Below are positions 1 to 14,584 of a stretch of DNA of 42,058 bases, piece by piece. Under the pieces are notes generated by a model, which was not told the DNA's origin, did no database searches, and saw nothing but the letters and a program-made list of their open reading frames with translations. This DNA is from Ministeria vibrans ATCC 50519. Taxonomy: Eukaryota > Protista > Filasterea. The DNA lies in contig CALSCP010002647.1 in NCBI GenBank assembly GCA_943704425.1, positions 1 through 42,058 on the forward strand. Direction: 5' to 3'. The position numbers were made by a program, and so were the translations under genes. Each line of letters opens with the position of its first letter. The first letter of the stretch is position 1.

Positions 1-95
<95 letters not shown>
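1..95. repeat. (AAT)n microsatellite inside an anoctamin intron
   Basis: Pure AAT run at the window start, followed by a TAG acceptor at 139-141. Confidence 0.95.
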
Positions 96-96
<1 letters not shown>

Positions 97-141
97 TGTT
101 TTTATTGTAATGCTTTCAACTAATTATAATTATTATACTAG

Positions 142-2108
142 GTTGTGATTGTGGTTTCGTCGACCGTCGCAGTGATTGTTTTTCGCATTGTTGCTAGAGT
201 AAGTCATTATCTCACAACTGTCACTCAGACGCACCTGCACTATGTCACACTGCATGAATCAATGATCATGACACGCATCACTCAATCCAATGTCACACAA
301 TTAATATAATTATTGTCACTCTAGTATCAATGCGACTTAATGTCACTCAATTGATTTAATCACAGTCATGATATTTTCCATCCGCGATCGACTCATGATC
401 TTTAATTAACTATTATCTCGCTCTAATTTTCTTTGAGTAGGATGAGTGGGTGTCTAAAGTAACTGGCGGTGAACTTATCTTCAGCCTGGTGAGTTCGCTT
501 CTCAACGCGATTTCCATTATGATCCTCCAAATCGTCTACAATCGTCTTGCGCTCGTGTTTACACGCTGGGAGAACCACCGCACTCAGACTGAGTTTGAAG
601 ATGCTCTCGTTTTGAAGCGCTTTGTGTTCAATTTCATCAATTCCTATGTGTCCCTCTATTACATTGGTACGATGCAGATGAAATCATTTTTGGGTATGAT
701 TATAATTATTATAATTACAATTATTCTAGCCTTCTTCCGAGGCGGAACGCTAATTTTGGGACGATTTCAAGACACGTGCACCAACGACGACTGTATGACA
801 ATGCTGACAGTGCAAGTGCTGGTGATGGTGCTCGTCAAGCCACTCCCGAAGCAGATCATTGATAATTTCATTCCGTACGTGCTATTCCAGTTGAAAGTCA
901 TAATGATATTATAATAATAATTATTATTATTGTTATTGTTATTGTTATGTTTTTGTGATTGTTGCGATCGCACTAGTGTTGTGTTTAATTTTTTGGTACC
1001 GATTGACTCTCTATGGCTTTTTTTTATACTTCTTTCTCTCTCCTCTCTCAATCTCCCTCGACCCGATCCCTCTCTCCCGTTGTTCAGATGGCTCAAGAAG
1101 AAGCGACGTGCATGGAAGAAACGACGGGCGAATGCAGTTGACACGATCGACTCAAGCCAGAGCAGTCGCAGTCACTCAGACCCGCTTGTGTGCCAGACTG
1201 ACTCGGAGTTTGTGCGTGAGAGTGTCAGTGCGTATGAACTGCAGGAAATGAGTGAGAAGCTCATACTCTATGGGTACTTTGTGCTCTTTGCAAGCGCATT
1301 CTCTCTTGCGCCTCTGTTTCTTCTCTTCTGGTTTACTCTGGATCTCCGGTACTGAGATCAAAAGCGGCAAATCTGCAATCACGATCAATCAACTAATTTT
1401 TTTTTGTACAGATTGGACGCAAAGCGCTTTGTGTGGACTTACCGTCGACCAATTTCGCGCAGAGCTCAGGATTTGGGCAGTTTCTTTGTCATTCTTGAAT
1501 TTATTAATGCAGCAGCAGGTGACCACACTGAAATTTGTGTCAATTTTGATTGATACTGATTGATTTTTTACTATTTAGTTGTCAGCAACGGGTTTCTTTT
1601 GGCATTTACGAGTGATTTTGGTCATCGAATTTCCGACAGATATGGAGAGCGGTCGAATCTGTGGATTCTGATTCTGTTTGAGCACATTGTGTTTTCGCTC
1701 AAGTTTGTGATTGCGTATTTGATTCCGGATGTGCCGGCGAAAGTGCGGGAGAATGTGCGACGACAAGAGCGACTGGTGGACTGTGTACTGGGAGGCAAGG
1801 GATTGCAGGCGCCGGAGATGACGGAGCGAACGCGAAAGTTGTTACGAGGGCAGTTGAACGATGACGATGATGCATATGGTGGTGGTGGTGTTGACAGTGC
1901 AAGTGAGGAAGAAGAGGAAGGGCGACGCAAACGGGCGCAACGGGAGTTGTCTAATGGAGCTATTGAGAGGATGACGGGGAGTCATGAGCGGGAGAAGGAA
2001 CGCAAAAAGGCTCGCAAGCTTAAGAGGCAAGCAAAGGAGAAGGACAAGGAGAGGCGCAGGCGGACGCGGACGCTCGAGGACGCCGAAGTTGGCGATTCAG
2101 AGTTGTAA
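142..2108 (+). CDS. ANO: Anoctamin/TMEM16 family Ca-activated channel/scramblase, 3' part (5' exons outside the window)
   Basis: Exons 142-198, 441-666, 730-874, 1088-1348, 1412-1518, 1579-2108 join in frame through GT-AG introns. Family motifs: WENHRTQTEFEDALVLKRFVFNFINSYVSLYYIAFF, LFASAFSLAPLF, LRLDAKRFVWTYRRPISRRAQDLG, SNGFLLAFTSDF, FEHIVFSLKFVIAYLIPDVP. Confidence 0.95.
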
Positions 2109-2722
2109 TGCCAATACATTTCACACAATTTTATTTTGATTATTTTCCGTTGACGTTAAGAATTCGATTTTTTCAAATGATGTAGTGTTGCCTCGACTCA
2201 CTGATACTATAATGATAACAGTTAATAAAACAATAATAATAATTATTAATTTGTGAATTTTTATGTATAATTCCCCCATTTCCCTTTAAAAAAGTACAAG
2301 AATCCCCTAATATGAATCATCTAGAGTTGAGTTTCACTTGAATCACTGTGAGACTATTAATCCATGAGCGGTTTGTCGATGGCTCGCTCGCCCTTATGAC
2401 AATTGTAATGAATTGATGAATTGTGACTAACATGATTATTATTCTTATAATCATTATTCAAATTTCAAAAGTACAATAAACAATTATCATAATTTTCAGT
2501 TACTCTGCCCTTGTTGCGCCCCCTCACCACGGATCTGCAACCTCGCCAACCGGTGGCGTTCACCCGGCCCAACCTGGGTGCCTTAGTGGCGCTGAGTGAA
2601 GAGTACGCTCCTCCCTCTGCCAAAACCCTTTCGCTCTCTCCTCTCCCCTCGCCCCTCCTGGCCTCTCTCGCAACCCTGCTCCACTCTACTCCCCACACGG
2701 CGACGCTCACGTTTGCAGTGCC

Positions 2723-3815
2723 ATGAGCAGCACGCGTGGAATCAGCAACGACCTGTCAAAAGTGCCAAAAGAGATATTCAAGAGAGCAAGAGAAAGCGCA
2801 TCGGACGCCCCAGCGGTGTTTGCCTCGTCGCTACCGCCTGTCGCTGTGCATAATATTGCTTTAGCAGTCTATAGGCGTCCGCTCCGTCTACAGATTTCCC
2901 GTAAAAGCTCGGTTTTGTAGCTCCCCAATGAGTTTTTTTTAGCGACAAATCGTTTTTTGATGTTTTTTTTTTTTTTTTTTTCACCGCTCACTCTTTCTCT
3001 CTCTCTCTCTCTGTTGTGTCTACAGCGATGAGGTGACCGACTTCCACGGAGCGACACCCTCGCCCAGCAGGCAGTTGGTGTGCACGATCTGCGAGCTGAC
3101 GGAGGAGGAGACGATTGGAGCGATGCGCTCCTGTCGCTTCTGCATGACACCGTACTGTGGCAAGTGCAAGCGAGAAAACCTGATTTGGACGCGCGACGCC
3201 TACTCCGTGTGCATTGAGTGTCGGCAGCACCAGAAGAAGCAGCTGGTGGTCCTTCGGCGTGGACCGTGCGATGTGTGTCACGGGCGCATTTCGAGCACGA
3301 GCCGCAGACGCAAGGCGGAGCACTGTGCCATCTGTTTTCTTGTGTGTTGCTACCAGTGTGTCACCACGAGTCTTGCCAGGTCACCGGTATGTCTTGTCAG
3401 CGTTTTTATTGAATAGTGGGAATCGATCTGTTAACACCCTGTCTGGCACCATTAGAAAATGGAAGACCCTAACGCACTGTACTGCGAGACGTGTCGTAGC
3501 CTCGACGAAATGGACTCGGAGATTGTCAAGACGTCGTTTGTGTCGCCACTGAGTCGCCGAAGACAGTCAGACACCCTGGAGAGCGGCACGGGACGCTTGT
3601 CAAGTGATGTCCTTGGGACGCGACGTGACTCGGCGCCATCTCTGCTGCGTTCAGACATCTTCCAGTCGATGATGGACAGTAGTGACGAGGAAGACGAGAG
3701 CGACTCCAACGACGACGGCCATCACGGCAACAGTGACGATATCGACGGTGGTGGTGATGATGCAAGTGAACAGGGTGTCTCTCTGCGACATGTCCCCCCT
3801 ACAGAGTCATTGACA

Positions 3816-3848
<33 letters not shown>

Positions 3849-6800
3849 AGGCAGAGGAGAGAGAAGCAACAGAAGAAGGTGGAGGAGGAGACGACAGAGT
3901 GGCGCCACGGAGGGCGATGGCAGCGTTCGTTTGATGATAGAGGAAGCTCTGACGAGGAAGGCACTATCTCGTCCGTGTCGAGTGTGAGTCTGGAGGACCT
4001 CGCAAACCAGACGCGCCAGGCCATGACAGCTGCTCGTGCGCCTGTCGCACAGCGGCCCATGTCGTCTATCAGTGCCTTGGAGGAGTTTTCCAGTGGACCA
4101 CCACCATTAAGTGATACCAGTGATCTGGACGACAGTGGACTGACAGCAGAGAGCGCACATGGCAGCGGCAACAACGATGTTGACACTGTTGGGGTTCCTC
4201 CGCTCGGCGACGAAGAGGGGTTCCCACCTGCCCTCGACACACTGGCACAGTCACCACTTGAAAACCAACTCAAGGTGGACGTGTCCAGTCGACCCGCCTC
4301 GATGGAGGCTCTATTGGATGTGCTTCCGCCCGACGTGTTCGAGTTTGAGGTGCCTATCAATGAGTCTCACAAACGCGCGCAGGAGGCTGAGTCCGAGCCT
4401 GAGCCTGAGCCTGTGTCTGTGCCTGAAACTGAGTCTAAGTTTGAGCGTGAGCGTGAGCCTGAGTCCGAGCCTGAAACTGAGCCTGTACTCGATGCTCCTT
4501 CTACTCCTCCTTCTGCTCATGCCCCTGTTCCTGAAATACCCAATGTCACTCCGGCTGCGCCAGTCGATGTTGTCGAGGGATCGGCTACACCGACTGCTGA
4601 TGTAAATACTGATGAAAGTGCTGAGCGCCTTGTCTCAGCCGAACCGGACACTCTCTCGCACTCTGATGCGCCCCCGACTATGACGGATACTGGTGTCTCT
4701 ACCGATACAGACGTGGTACCCGACTTGATGGATCCCATCTCGCCGCGCCGACCAAGTCGCTCCAAACGCCGTAGTTTTGACAAGGGCACGGTGCAGGCCT
4801 TTCTGAACCAGCTCGCTGACTCTCCATCACCAACTGTCACTGCTGAGACCACTTTGATGCCGTCTCCCTCTGTGTCGAGTGTCGACGATGCAACCACAAC
4901 CGTCGTACAACCGACGCAGTTGGAGCTCGATCTGACGGCGCGTGCCAAAGCCAGGCGTGAGCGCATGCGCAAGCGCACATCCTCCGTCGAATTGACTCCA
5001 TCGAAGCAGAACAATGAAGTTGTCGATGCGTGGGTCAAGTCGTTGCTAGTGGACAAGTCCAGGTCGCCCGTACAGTCCGAACCCAGCGAGGCACCATCGG
5101 TTGTCACGAGCGGCACTGAAGAGGAGCCAGTCGACGCGCCGTCACCGGCCGGCTCCCCACCACCACCACCTCTTCCGCCGAAAAAGTCGCCCTTGACATC
5201 GCCACGAAGTACTCTCATCCCACCGAAGAATGTCGCCGCATCTACCGCCTCGGCAGCAGCAGCAGCAGACCCACCACCACCACCACCACCACTGCCACCC
5301 AAAGCACTCTTGTCGCCCCGTCAGATTCGACAACAAATGGAGCGAGACGCGTTTGTTGCCGCACAAGTTGCCCTCTCCACCTCCCCGCCCCCGCCAGTGC
5401 CCGCCAAGCCCTCCTCGGGGCTTCTTCGGCGCACCGTCAGCGACCTGACCAATGCTGTTGCAGCGGAAGAGCGCGCTAAGAACGCCGCGAGCAGTAGTAG
5501 CACCGGTAATCTTGCGAGTACCTCTGCAGATGGCGGCGGCTCTGAAGCTCATCCGTCCGCGAAACGCTCGTCGTCTGATCCCACCGAGACGCAAGGGCGC
5601 ACCACGATTCTCTCGCCCGTGCCTGGCTCGCCGCTCTCCCTCATTTTGTCGCCATTGTCGCTTATCACGTCGCCCCTTTCCATCATCACGTCGCCAATCA
5701 ACGATCTTCATCACCGCGTCCGTTCCACACCGACTCCTCCCATCAGCCCGACGTTGCTCGAGCCCCCCAAATTGACATCGCCTCACAGCAAGTCGCCAGT
5801 TCAAGAAGAGGCGACAGAGGAGGAGGTGGTGGAAAAGGAGACAGCACCACCACAGCCTATTGTACAGCCAGTCCCGCCACAGGTTCAGAACGTCAAAGCA
5901 TCCTCGTCGCCCAAATTCCGCAGTCGATCGGGTCGAGTGCGTCGCACATTGCAAGTGGACACGAAAATGCGGACGGGCGACGACGACGCGAGCGAGAAGA
6001 AGGTGCGTCAAAAGCAGATTGTGTTTCTCAAGTCGGACAGTGTCATGCCACGCACCATGTCTGACCGACGCCGGTCGATGCGCGAGCAGCCCAAAGACGA
6101 TGCGTTGCTTGCCGAGAAGAACAGCGACGCGACGGCCTTTCGCCTGGGCGCTCTGTTGCGCCAGGACACGTCCGGATCAGAGTTGGGGTACAAGAACATT
6201 CGCATACCCAACGGCTGGGAAGAGCAGCGTCTGCCGACTGGCGAGCCTTATTACATCGACCATCACAACCGAACGACAAGCTGGATCGACCCACGTGCGA
6301 AACAGGGCGAAGGACTTCCTTTTGGCTGGGCCAAAATTGAGGATGCGGTGCTGGGCACGTACTTTCTGGACCACATCAATCACAAGTGCACCTACGAGAA
6401 GCCACACAAACCGTCGACGCCACGCGCCCCCGATCACGCACCTACCTACTCTACCGTTCTCAAGGCAGCCACGACCATCGACTCGAATGCGTCTCAGGGC
6501 AGGCGCAATGATGACACTTTGTCGTGCGGTCGAGCCATTACGCGACATCAGGCTGTGGTGCGTCGGACCCGCTCGGGACACGACGGCGCACCCATGCAGG
6601 CGACAGTGGTGCGCTCGGCCAGTGGCAACATCGCTCCCATGATGCAACGGGCCGAGCCGGCCGAGGCCGTCGTGAGTGCCTCAAGTTCGCACAGGGTACG
6701 TCGCGTGCCGTCGGTTGAGTCGGACTCGCGACGATCTTCCATTGGCGACCAGACTGACTTAGGTCGTGTGGCGCGCGCGCCGTCCACGGCCATCACCTCC

Positions 6801-7868
6801 TCGGTGCCATCGCTCTCGTCGGCCGTCGCGTCGCGCGTGCGGCGTATGCCATCGACTGTGCTGTCGGAGCCCTATCCGGGGGCAGCAACTACAGCAGCAA
6901 CCACGACTGTGGAGGAAGAAAGGAATGACGAGGAAGGTACTGGTGCGGGATTCTACTCAAACGAGGCACGGAAGTGGCGGCGTGCCGAGTCGGCCAATAC
7001 CCCACTGGAGTCGCCACTGCCCGCCAACGCACAGCTACTGCAAGGCCTCACGTCACCTCGTGGTGGCCAAGTGTGTGCCACTGTCAGTGAGGCGCCGCTG
7101 TCGCCGCGTGCCTCGGCAACGGTGGTGTCTCCCCGAGCGACTCGCCTGCCCGTAGCCTCATCGCGCTCCATGCCGGAAGATCACGTCGTGTCGACCGCAG
7201 TTTTAGCTGTAACATTGTCTCCGCGCCACCACCGGGGCAGTGCGGATGCATCGCCGTCTCCATCACCCTCGTCACGACCGCACTCGCGCGAGGGTCGACG
7301 GCGGGTAAGTCTGCGCAAGCCTAAGCTGCCCGAGGGCTGGTCACGCGAGTACGATCAGGAGACGGGCCACAAGACCTATGTGCACGAGGACGGCCGTCGC
7401 TCCAAGACGCGTCCCGAGACAACGCCCGCCAAATCGGCGGGTACATCTCCCGCGCGTCGCCCATCAGGCGTTGTTTCCCCGCCCCCACCGCCGTACGTCG
7501 AGCCGCAGACAGAAGAGGCGGCACAGCGTCGTCGCGCGTCTCTCATGCGCACCACATCGCTGCCCGTCTCTGACGCTCCCCGCTACACTCACAACAAGCC
7601 CTCTCAGCCGCCGCCGCCGCCGCCAGCCATCACACCCACCGTAATCACCTCTTCCTCTCCAAAGCGCTCCGCTCATCGCACCAGCTCTTCTCCCCTCGAC
7701 ATCTCCCACCACTCTCCCTCTGCCGCTCTTGCTTCACCAGAGAGTCTCTCTCCTCACGCTCATACAGAGCAGCAGCTGCACCAGGGTCGTCGCAAGGACT
7801 CCTCCAAACGCCGCCTGCCCACTTCCCCGCTTGAGTTTGACGCTGGCGATGACTTCTTTCAATTCTAA
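2723..7868 (+). CDS. Large scaffold protein: two FYVE/rabphilin-like 8-Cys zinc fingers, long Ser/Pro-rich region, tandem WW pair plus a third degenerate WW
   Basis: Exons 3026-3386 and 3456-7868 join in frame. The first exon from ATG 2723 is tentative because its donor is unresolved. CxxC patterns: CTIC..CRFC..CGKC..CIEC and CDVC..CAIC..CYQC..CETC. WW1 IPNGWEEQRLPTGEPYYIDHHNRTTSWIDP, WW2 LPFGWAKIEDAVLGTYFLDHINHKCTYEKP, WW3 LPEGWSREYDQETGHKTYVH. Confidence 0.85.
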
Positions 7869-8052
7869 ACATTCAATAATGCAAATACAACAACATCAGG
7901 TGTACAGACAACGATAATCATGTCGGTTTTGGTCAATTTAAAGCTATTGATGTATTCAATGAATGAGAAGGATAGTTGTTGATGATAGATAAGTGAGTGT
8001 ATCGCAGTGGCGGAGCGAGTTCTATAAGTGAGTGAGTGAGTGACAGCACATC

Positions 8053-10363
<2,311 letters not shown>

Positions 10364-10853
10364 GCTGGGAGACTAGAGTATGGGTCTTGTCACTTGTGGG
10401 TCGTGGATAGGGAGCGTATGGAGAAGTCGAGAAGAAGAAAAAATTAATCATGAAAAATTCCAATATCTTATATCAGCTGAGAAGACTGTAACAAAAAACG
10501 GACACAAAAACAGAACAAGCTATGTTAAAAAACACGCACCATAGGAAGTGGCTGACGCCATGACTTGAGCCAAGCACAATGCTGTAAGGACAACAGCGAA
10601 CAAAGGACGCGTGACAGGCCATTTTCACAACAGATTGTAAACACTTATTCACTTCAATAGTTTCATGGAATTGATCGCGATCGACCTTTATAAAGTTCGC
10701 GATTTTGTAGGAAACACTCTGACCAGTGACCACTCAGTGACCGGCCTTAGAGGGTTGTGTACAACAATAATTCTAACATCAATGGTTGTAACAAAAATCA
10801 CAATAATAATCATAGTTTTTATCATTATTAGTGACGATCAATTGAAATCATTT

Positions 10854-12021
10854 TCAACTGAATGGGTCATCTGCGGGGTCCGTGATGAGAGCCTGGTTCA
10901 TGGTCGACTTGGATCCCTTGCGGCGGTATCGCACGAAGAGGATAATGAGAATAATGACAGCCAGGGCACCAATGATGCCCCCGACAATGGCTCCGGCGTC
11001 GTTGGACTTGTGTGGAGCGGGAGGGGAAGGAGGCAACAGACTGACGGTGGCAGTGGCAGTGGCGGTAGGAGCGGACTGAGTGGTTTGCATGGGAGCACCA
11101 CTGGCACTAGCACTGGCACTAGCACTGGCACTGGCACTGTTGGTCGCTACGGCAGTGGCAGTGGCAGTGGGCGCCTGTTGGGATGTGGTGGTGGGCATGA
11201 GGGTGGGTGCTGCGGTGGCGGTGGGCACAGCAAGGCACTGGGGGGGCACATCAAAGACTGAGGGGTTGTCAATGCCCACTGTAACGTCGGTGTACGTCTG
11301 GTCTGTGAAGGTGAACCCAAATATCGGAACATAGTGCGCTGACGGCTGCAAGAGCAAAAGAGATCAGGTGAGATTCAAACTATTTGGGTTCTGACTTTGT
11401 AGGAGAACTCGAAGGGATAGCATCCGTCGGAAGTGAACGAGAAGAACATGTTGCCAAACTGCGGGTAGGTCACAAAGTACGTGTCCAGATTGAGGTTGCG
11501 TGATTCGTTGAAGAGGTGGTAGGTGCCGAGAAAGGTCGAGTTTGGGGGCACTTGGAAGCGCTGAAACTGAGTGTCCATGATGCGTGCCTGACACTCGCCG
11601 TTCTCAAAGATGAGGTACTGCGAACCGTTGCCCACAGTGCCATTCCACAGCGTCAGCACAATGAGGTTCTTGAGTTCAAGGCCGTTCTCGAGCGTCGTGT
11701 TGAGCAGCACGCGCTCGCGAGTGTTCGTCGCATCGTACCACAGCTTGCCTTCAATCTTCTGGGGCGTCAGTCCGTACGGATCCCACTACAAGGAAGGCGG
11801 GCGGTCAGGAAAGGGCAAGAGTGCAAGCGCTGGGGTGTGTACGTCAAGGAGCGTGCTTTGGAACTGATCAGGGACGTCTGTAGAGCGAGCGAGAGAGAGA
11901 CAGTGGAAAATGAGAAAGAGAACTGGCTGAGTGACCAAAACGCACCACAGGGAGTGGCGGACGCAACTGCAAGACACACTGATGCAAGAGCAACCACAAA
12001 GAGCACGCGAGAGGGGTTCAT
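10854..12021 (-). CDS. Ependymin-related protein (EPDR) with Thr/Ala/Ser stalk, transmembrane helix and short cytoplasmic tail, about 330 aa
   Basis: Exons 12021-11946, 11877-11843, 11785-11396, 11345-10854 join in frame. Signal peptide, then PCDVPDQFQ, LWYDATNTRER, C..FQRFQVPPNSTFLG, TSDGCYP and YTDVTVGIDNPSVFDVPPQC, which is the ependymin pattern. TM AIVGGIIGALAVIILIILFV is followed by RYRRK. Confidence 0.8.
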
Positions 12022-12641
12022 GTTGGCAAAGAAAGACTTGAATAAGAGTTAGTTGGAGCTCAATCAGTTCATTCGTCAATAGTCGATGGAGCAAACAAAC
12101 ATGGCCGCAAAGCACGATGCCTCCTTCTAGCTGGCTGCTTAGGGGGTGGGTACGTATGCATTATAGCTCCAATGGTACATACAAGGGCGAGAGGGTTGAG
12201 GTGTGCCTCCTTTCTTCAATCCCGTGTGGGGAATTTCGGGGGGTTTCCCTAATCGATGTCACCCAATTTCATACTCTCGTACTAATAACACAGTCGATTC
12301 AATCTGGCACACAAAATTCAACTGTGTTTGATGATGCTCATTCTAGTGATCTAGTCACTCTAGTGGCTCTCTTGCGCGTGGTCCAGACTGCTGGTTGTTG
12401 GCGCGGCTCTGCAATCCTGTCGACGAAAACATCAAGTGCCTTCGAAATATTTGCAGTTTGAGAGCGTCTTGCTTCAATGCACCGCAAGGGTTCTCGCTTT
12501 ACAGAGCACCGGTTCTGTACCAACAGATTGTGGCTGTTCCACGACGGGATTGGCGAGTCGATGTGCACGACCATCGACACAGATGATCATGGCATAATGA
12601 GGGAGGACAGAGGCTCCACCTGTCACAACATCAAGCAAGGC

Positions 12642-13066
12642 NNNNNNNNNNNNNNNNNNNNNNNNNNNNNNNNNNNNNNNNNNNNNNNNNNNNNNNNNNN
12701 NNNNNNNNNNNNNNNNNNNNNNNNNNNNNNNNNNNNNNNNNNNNNNNNNNNNNNNNNNNNNNNNNNNNNNNNNNNNNNNNNNNNNNNNNNNNNNNNNNNN
12801 NNNNNNNNNNNNNNNNNNNNNNNNNNNNNNNNNNNNNNNNNNNNNNNNNNNNNNNNNNNNNNNNNNNNNNNNNNNNNNNNNNNNNNNNNNNNNNNNNNNN
12901 NNNNNNNNNNNNNNNNNNNNNNNNNNNNNNNNNNNNNNNNNNNNNNNNNNNNNNNNNNNNNNNNNNNNNNNNNNNNNNNNNNNNNNNNNNNNNNNNNNNN
13001 NNNNNNNNNNNNNNNNNNNNNNNNNNNNNNNNNNNNNNNNNNNNNNNNNNNNNNNNNNNNNNNNNN
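12642..13066. other. Assembly gap (N run)
   Basis: N bases. Confidence 1.
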
Positions 13067-13123
13067 GAGAAAGAGCTTTGGTGTGTTGTGCATTACACTA
13101 AAATTTGTATTTATTCACGGATG

Positions 13124-13415
13124 TTACAAGTCAAAGGAAAAGGTAAAAGTGTCCTTCTTTGAGCGATTGTGAAAAAGATCTGCTGTATGTGGAGGCAACG
13201 AGGAGGCCTGTAAAGTCGGTTGAGAAGACTTTGAGTCGCGTTTGGGCGTTTCGGGGTCGAGTGAAAAGTTGAATGCAAATGAGCGATCAGCCTCTTTCAG
13301 GGTCTCCGAGAGCTTCTTGCGCGGCGTCCCTGGTTCTCTGGGTGTCTCGTTGGTAGCGTCTTTCTTACACTGAGTCTCAATGAGACTGGGTATCGTCGTT
13401 GGTTCTTTCTTTTTT

Positions 13416-13511
<96 letters not shown>

Positions 13512-14249
13512 TGTGTGTGTGTGTGTGTGTTTAGGGAGAAGGGAGAAAGAAACAAAGTGATAAAGAGAGAAAGAAACAAAGTGATAAAGAGAGAGGAGTG
13601 AGTGAGTGAGAGTGAGCGTGAGAGAGGGTGAGCGGACGTGAGTGGAGACATCTAATAAAAAGAGATTGCAACAAAGAAACCAACACGTCTGGGGGGTCTC
13701 GGGTGGGTGGGGATACCTTCTGTAGAAGCGATGCTGGGTGTCAAAAAGGGACTTGATCGCCATGGCCTTGGCAGGTGCCAGTCGCTTGGGCGTGCCGAGC
13801 TCACCGTCCCAGTCATTCGACGACGACGACGCGCATGAGACTGACGCGCGCTGTAGAGCCGCTCGGGCGCGCTGCATGAGCGCGTCGTCCGCCATGCGCT
13901 TCGGAATGTCTGAGCCAAAATGATTGCGCATGCACTTTTCCTTTTGTTGCCGCGAGAGCTTTGCAGATGAGAGCAGACGAGCTGCTGAGGTTTCGCCTGT
14001 CGTCTCCAGTTGTCGAAGACACCAGGCAAGCTGTTGCTCGTAGGAGGGCGGAAGAGGAGCCGCCGTGGCGCTGTCAGACGACGTGCTTGCAGCGGCCGCA
14101 GCCTTTTTCTTTTTTTGCTTGAGACGCTTCTTCTGGCTGGCCGTTAGGGATGCACCATTAGAAGTAGTTGTAGTGGGCGGTGCAGTCGTCGTTGTCGTTG
14201 CGGTTGCAGAGGCAGGCGCGGGGGTGGAAGGGGAGGGCGGCTGTTCCAT
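13124..14249 (-). CDS. UPF0488/C8orf33 (DUF4615)-like protein, about 274 aa
   Basis: Exons 14249-13717 and 13415-13124 join in frame. Lys-rich NLS-like stretch; EQQLAWCLRQLE...ARLLSSAKLSRQQKEKCMRNHFG resembles the C8orf33 core ELAWCVEQLE...LMHSLFGDY; C-terminal FAFNF and FTFSF motifs. Confidence 0.7.
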
Positions 14250-14584
14250 GGTTCGCGTGTCGTCGAAGACTACAAGTGAAGCTGAGACGGCCAAGGAGAT
14301 GAATGGTGGCGACTGCCAACCACCGACCGTGTACTGTTGAAAGAGTCAAAGCAAATAAGTGATGACACCGAATCTGCGAATCGGTGAAATCACTGATCAC
14401 TGATCACAGACGTGGAGATTAAGACGAATTACTGTCGATTCAGTCACGTTAAAAGACAATAGAAATGTGTGTTCGAAATCAGGATTGGATTGTTGCTGAT
14501 TAGTCGTATGTTACCTGTACTATTCTCTCTTTCTCCTTCTCACTCTATCTCTATTTCATTCCTTCTTCTCTCTGCTCAGCGTGT

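Noticed and set aside
199-440. Recurring TGTCAC(T/A)C words in an anoctamin intron
   Set aside because: They are degenerate, low-complexity and irregularly spaced; no structure or function can be supported.
3722-6650. Long antisense ORFs over GC-rich coding regions (also over the DLK, EGF and PFK genes)
   Set aside because: These are shadow ORFs expected from GC-rich codon usage and show no domains.
3459-7868. MAGI, KIBRA, Salvador or YAP ortholog
   Set aside because: Only the WW pair matches; PDZ/GK, C2, SARAH and TEAD-binding regions were not seen.
12117-12641. Short ORFs left of the first gap
   Set aside because: No recognisable motif or consistent exon structure; they may belong to a gene hidden in the gap.
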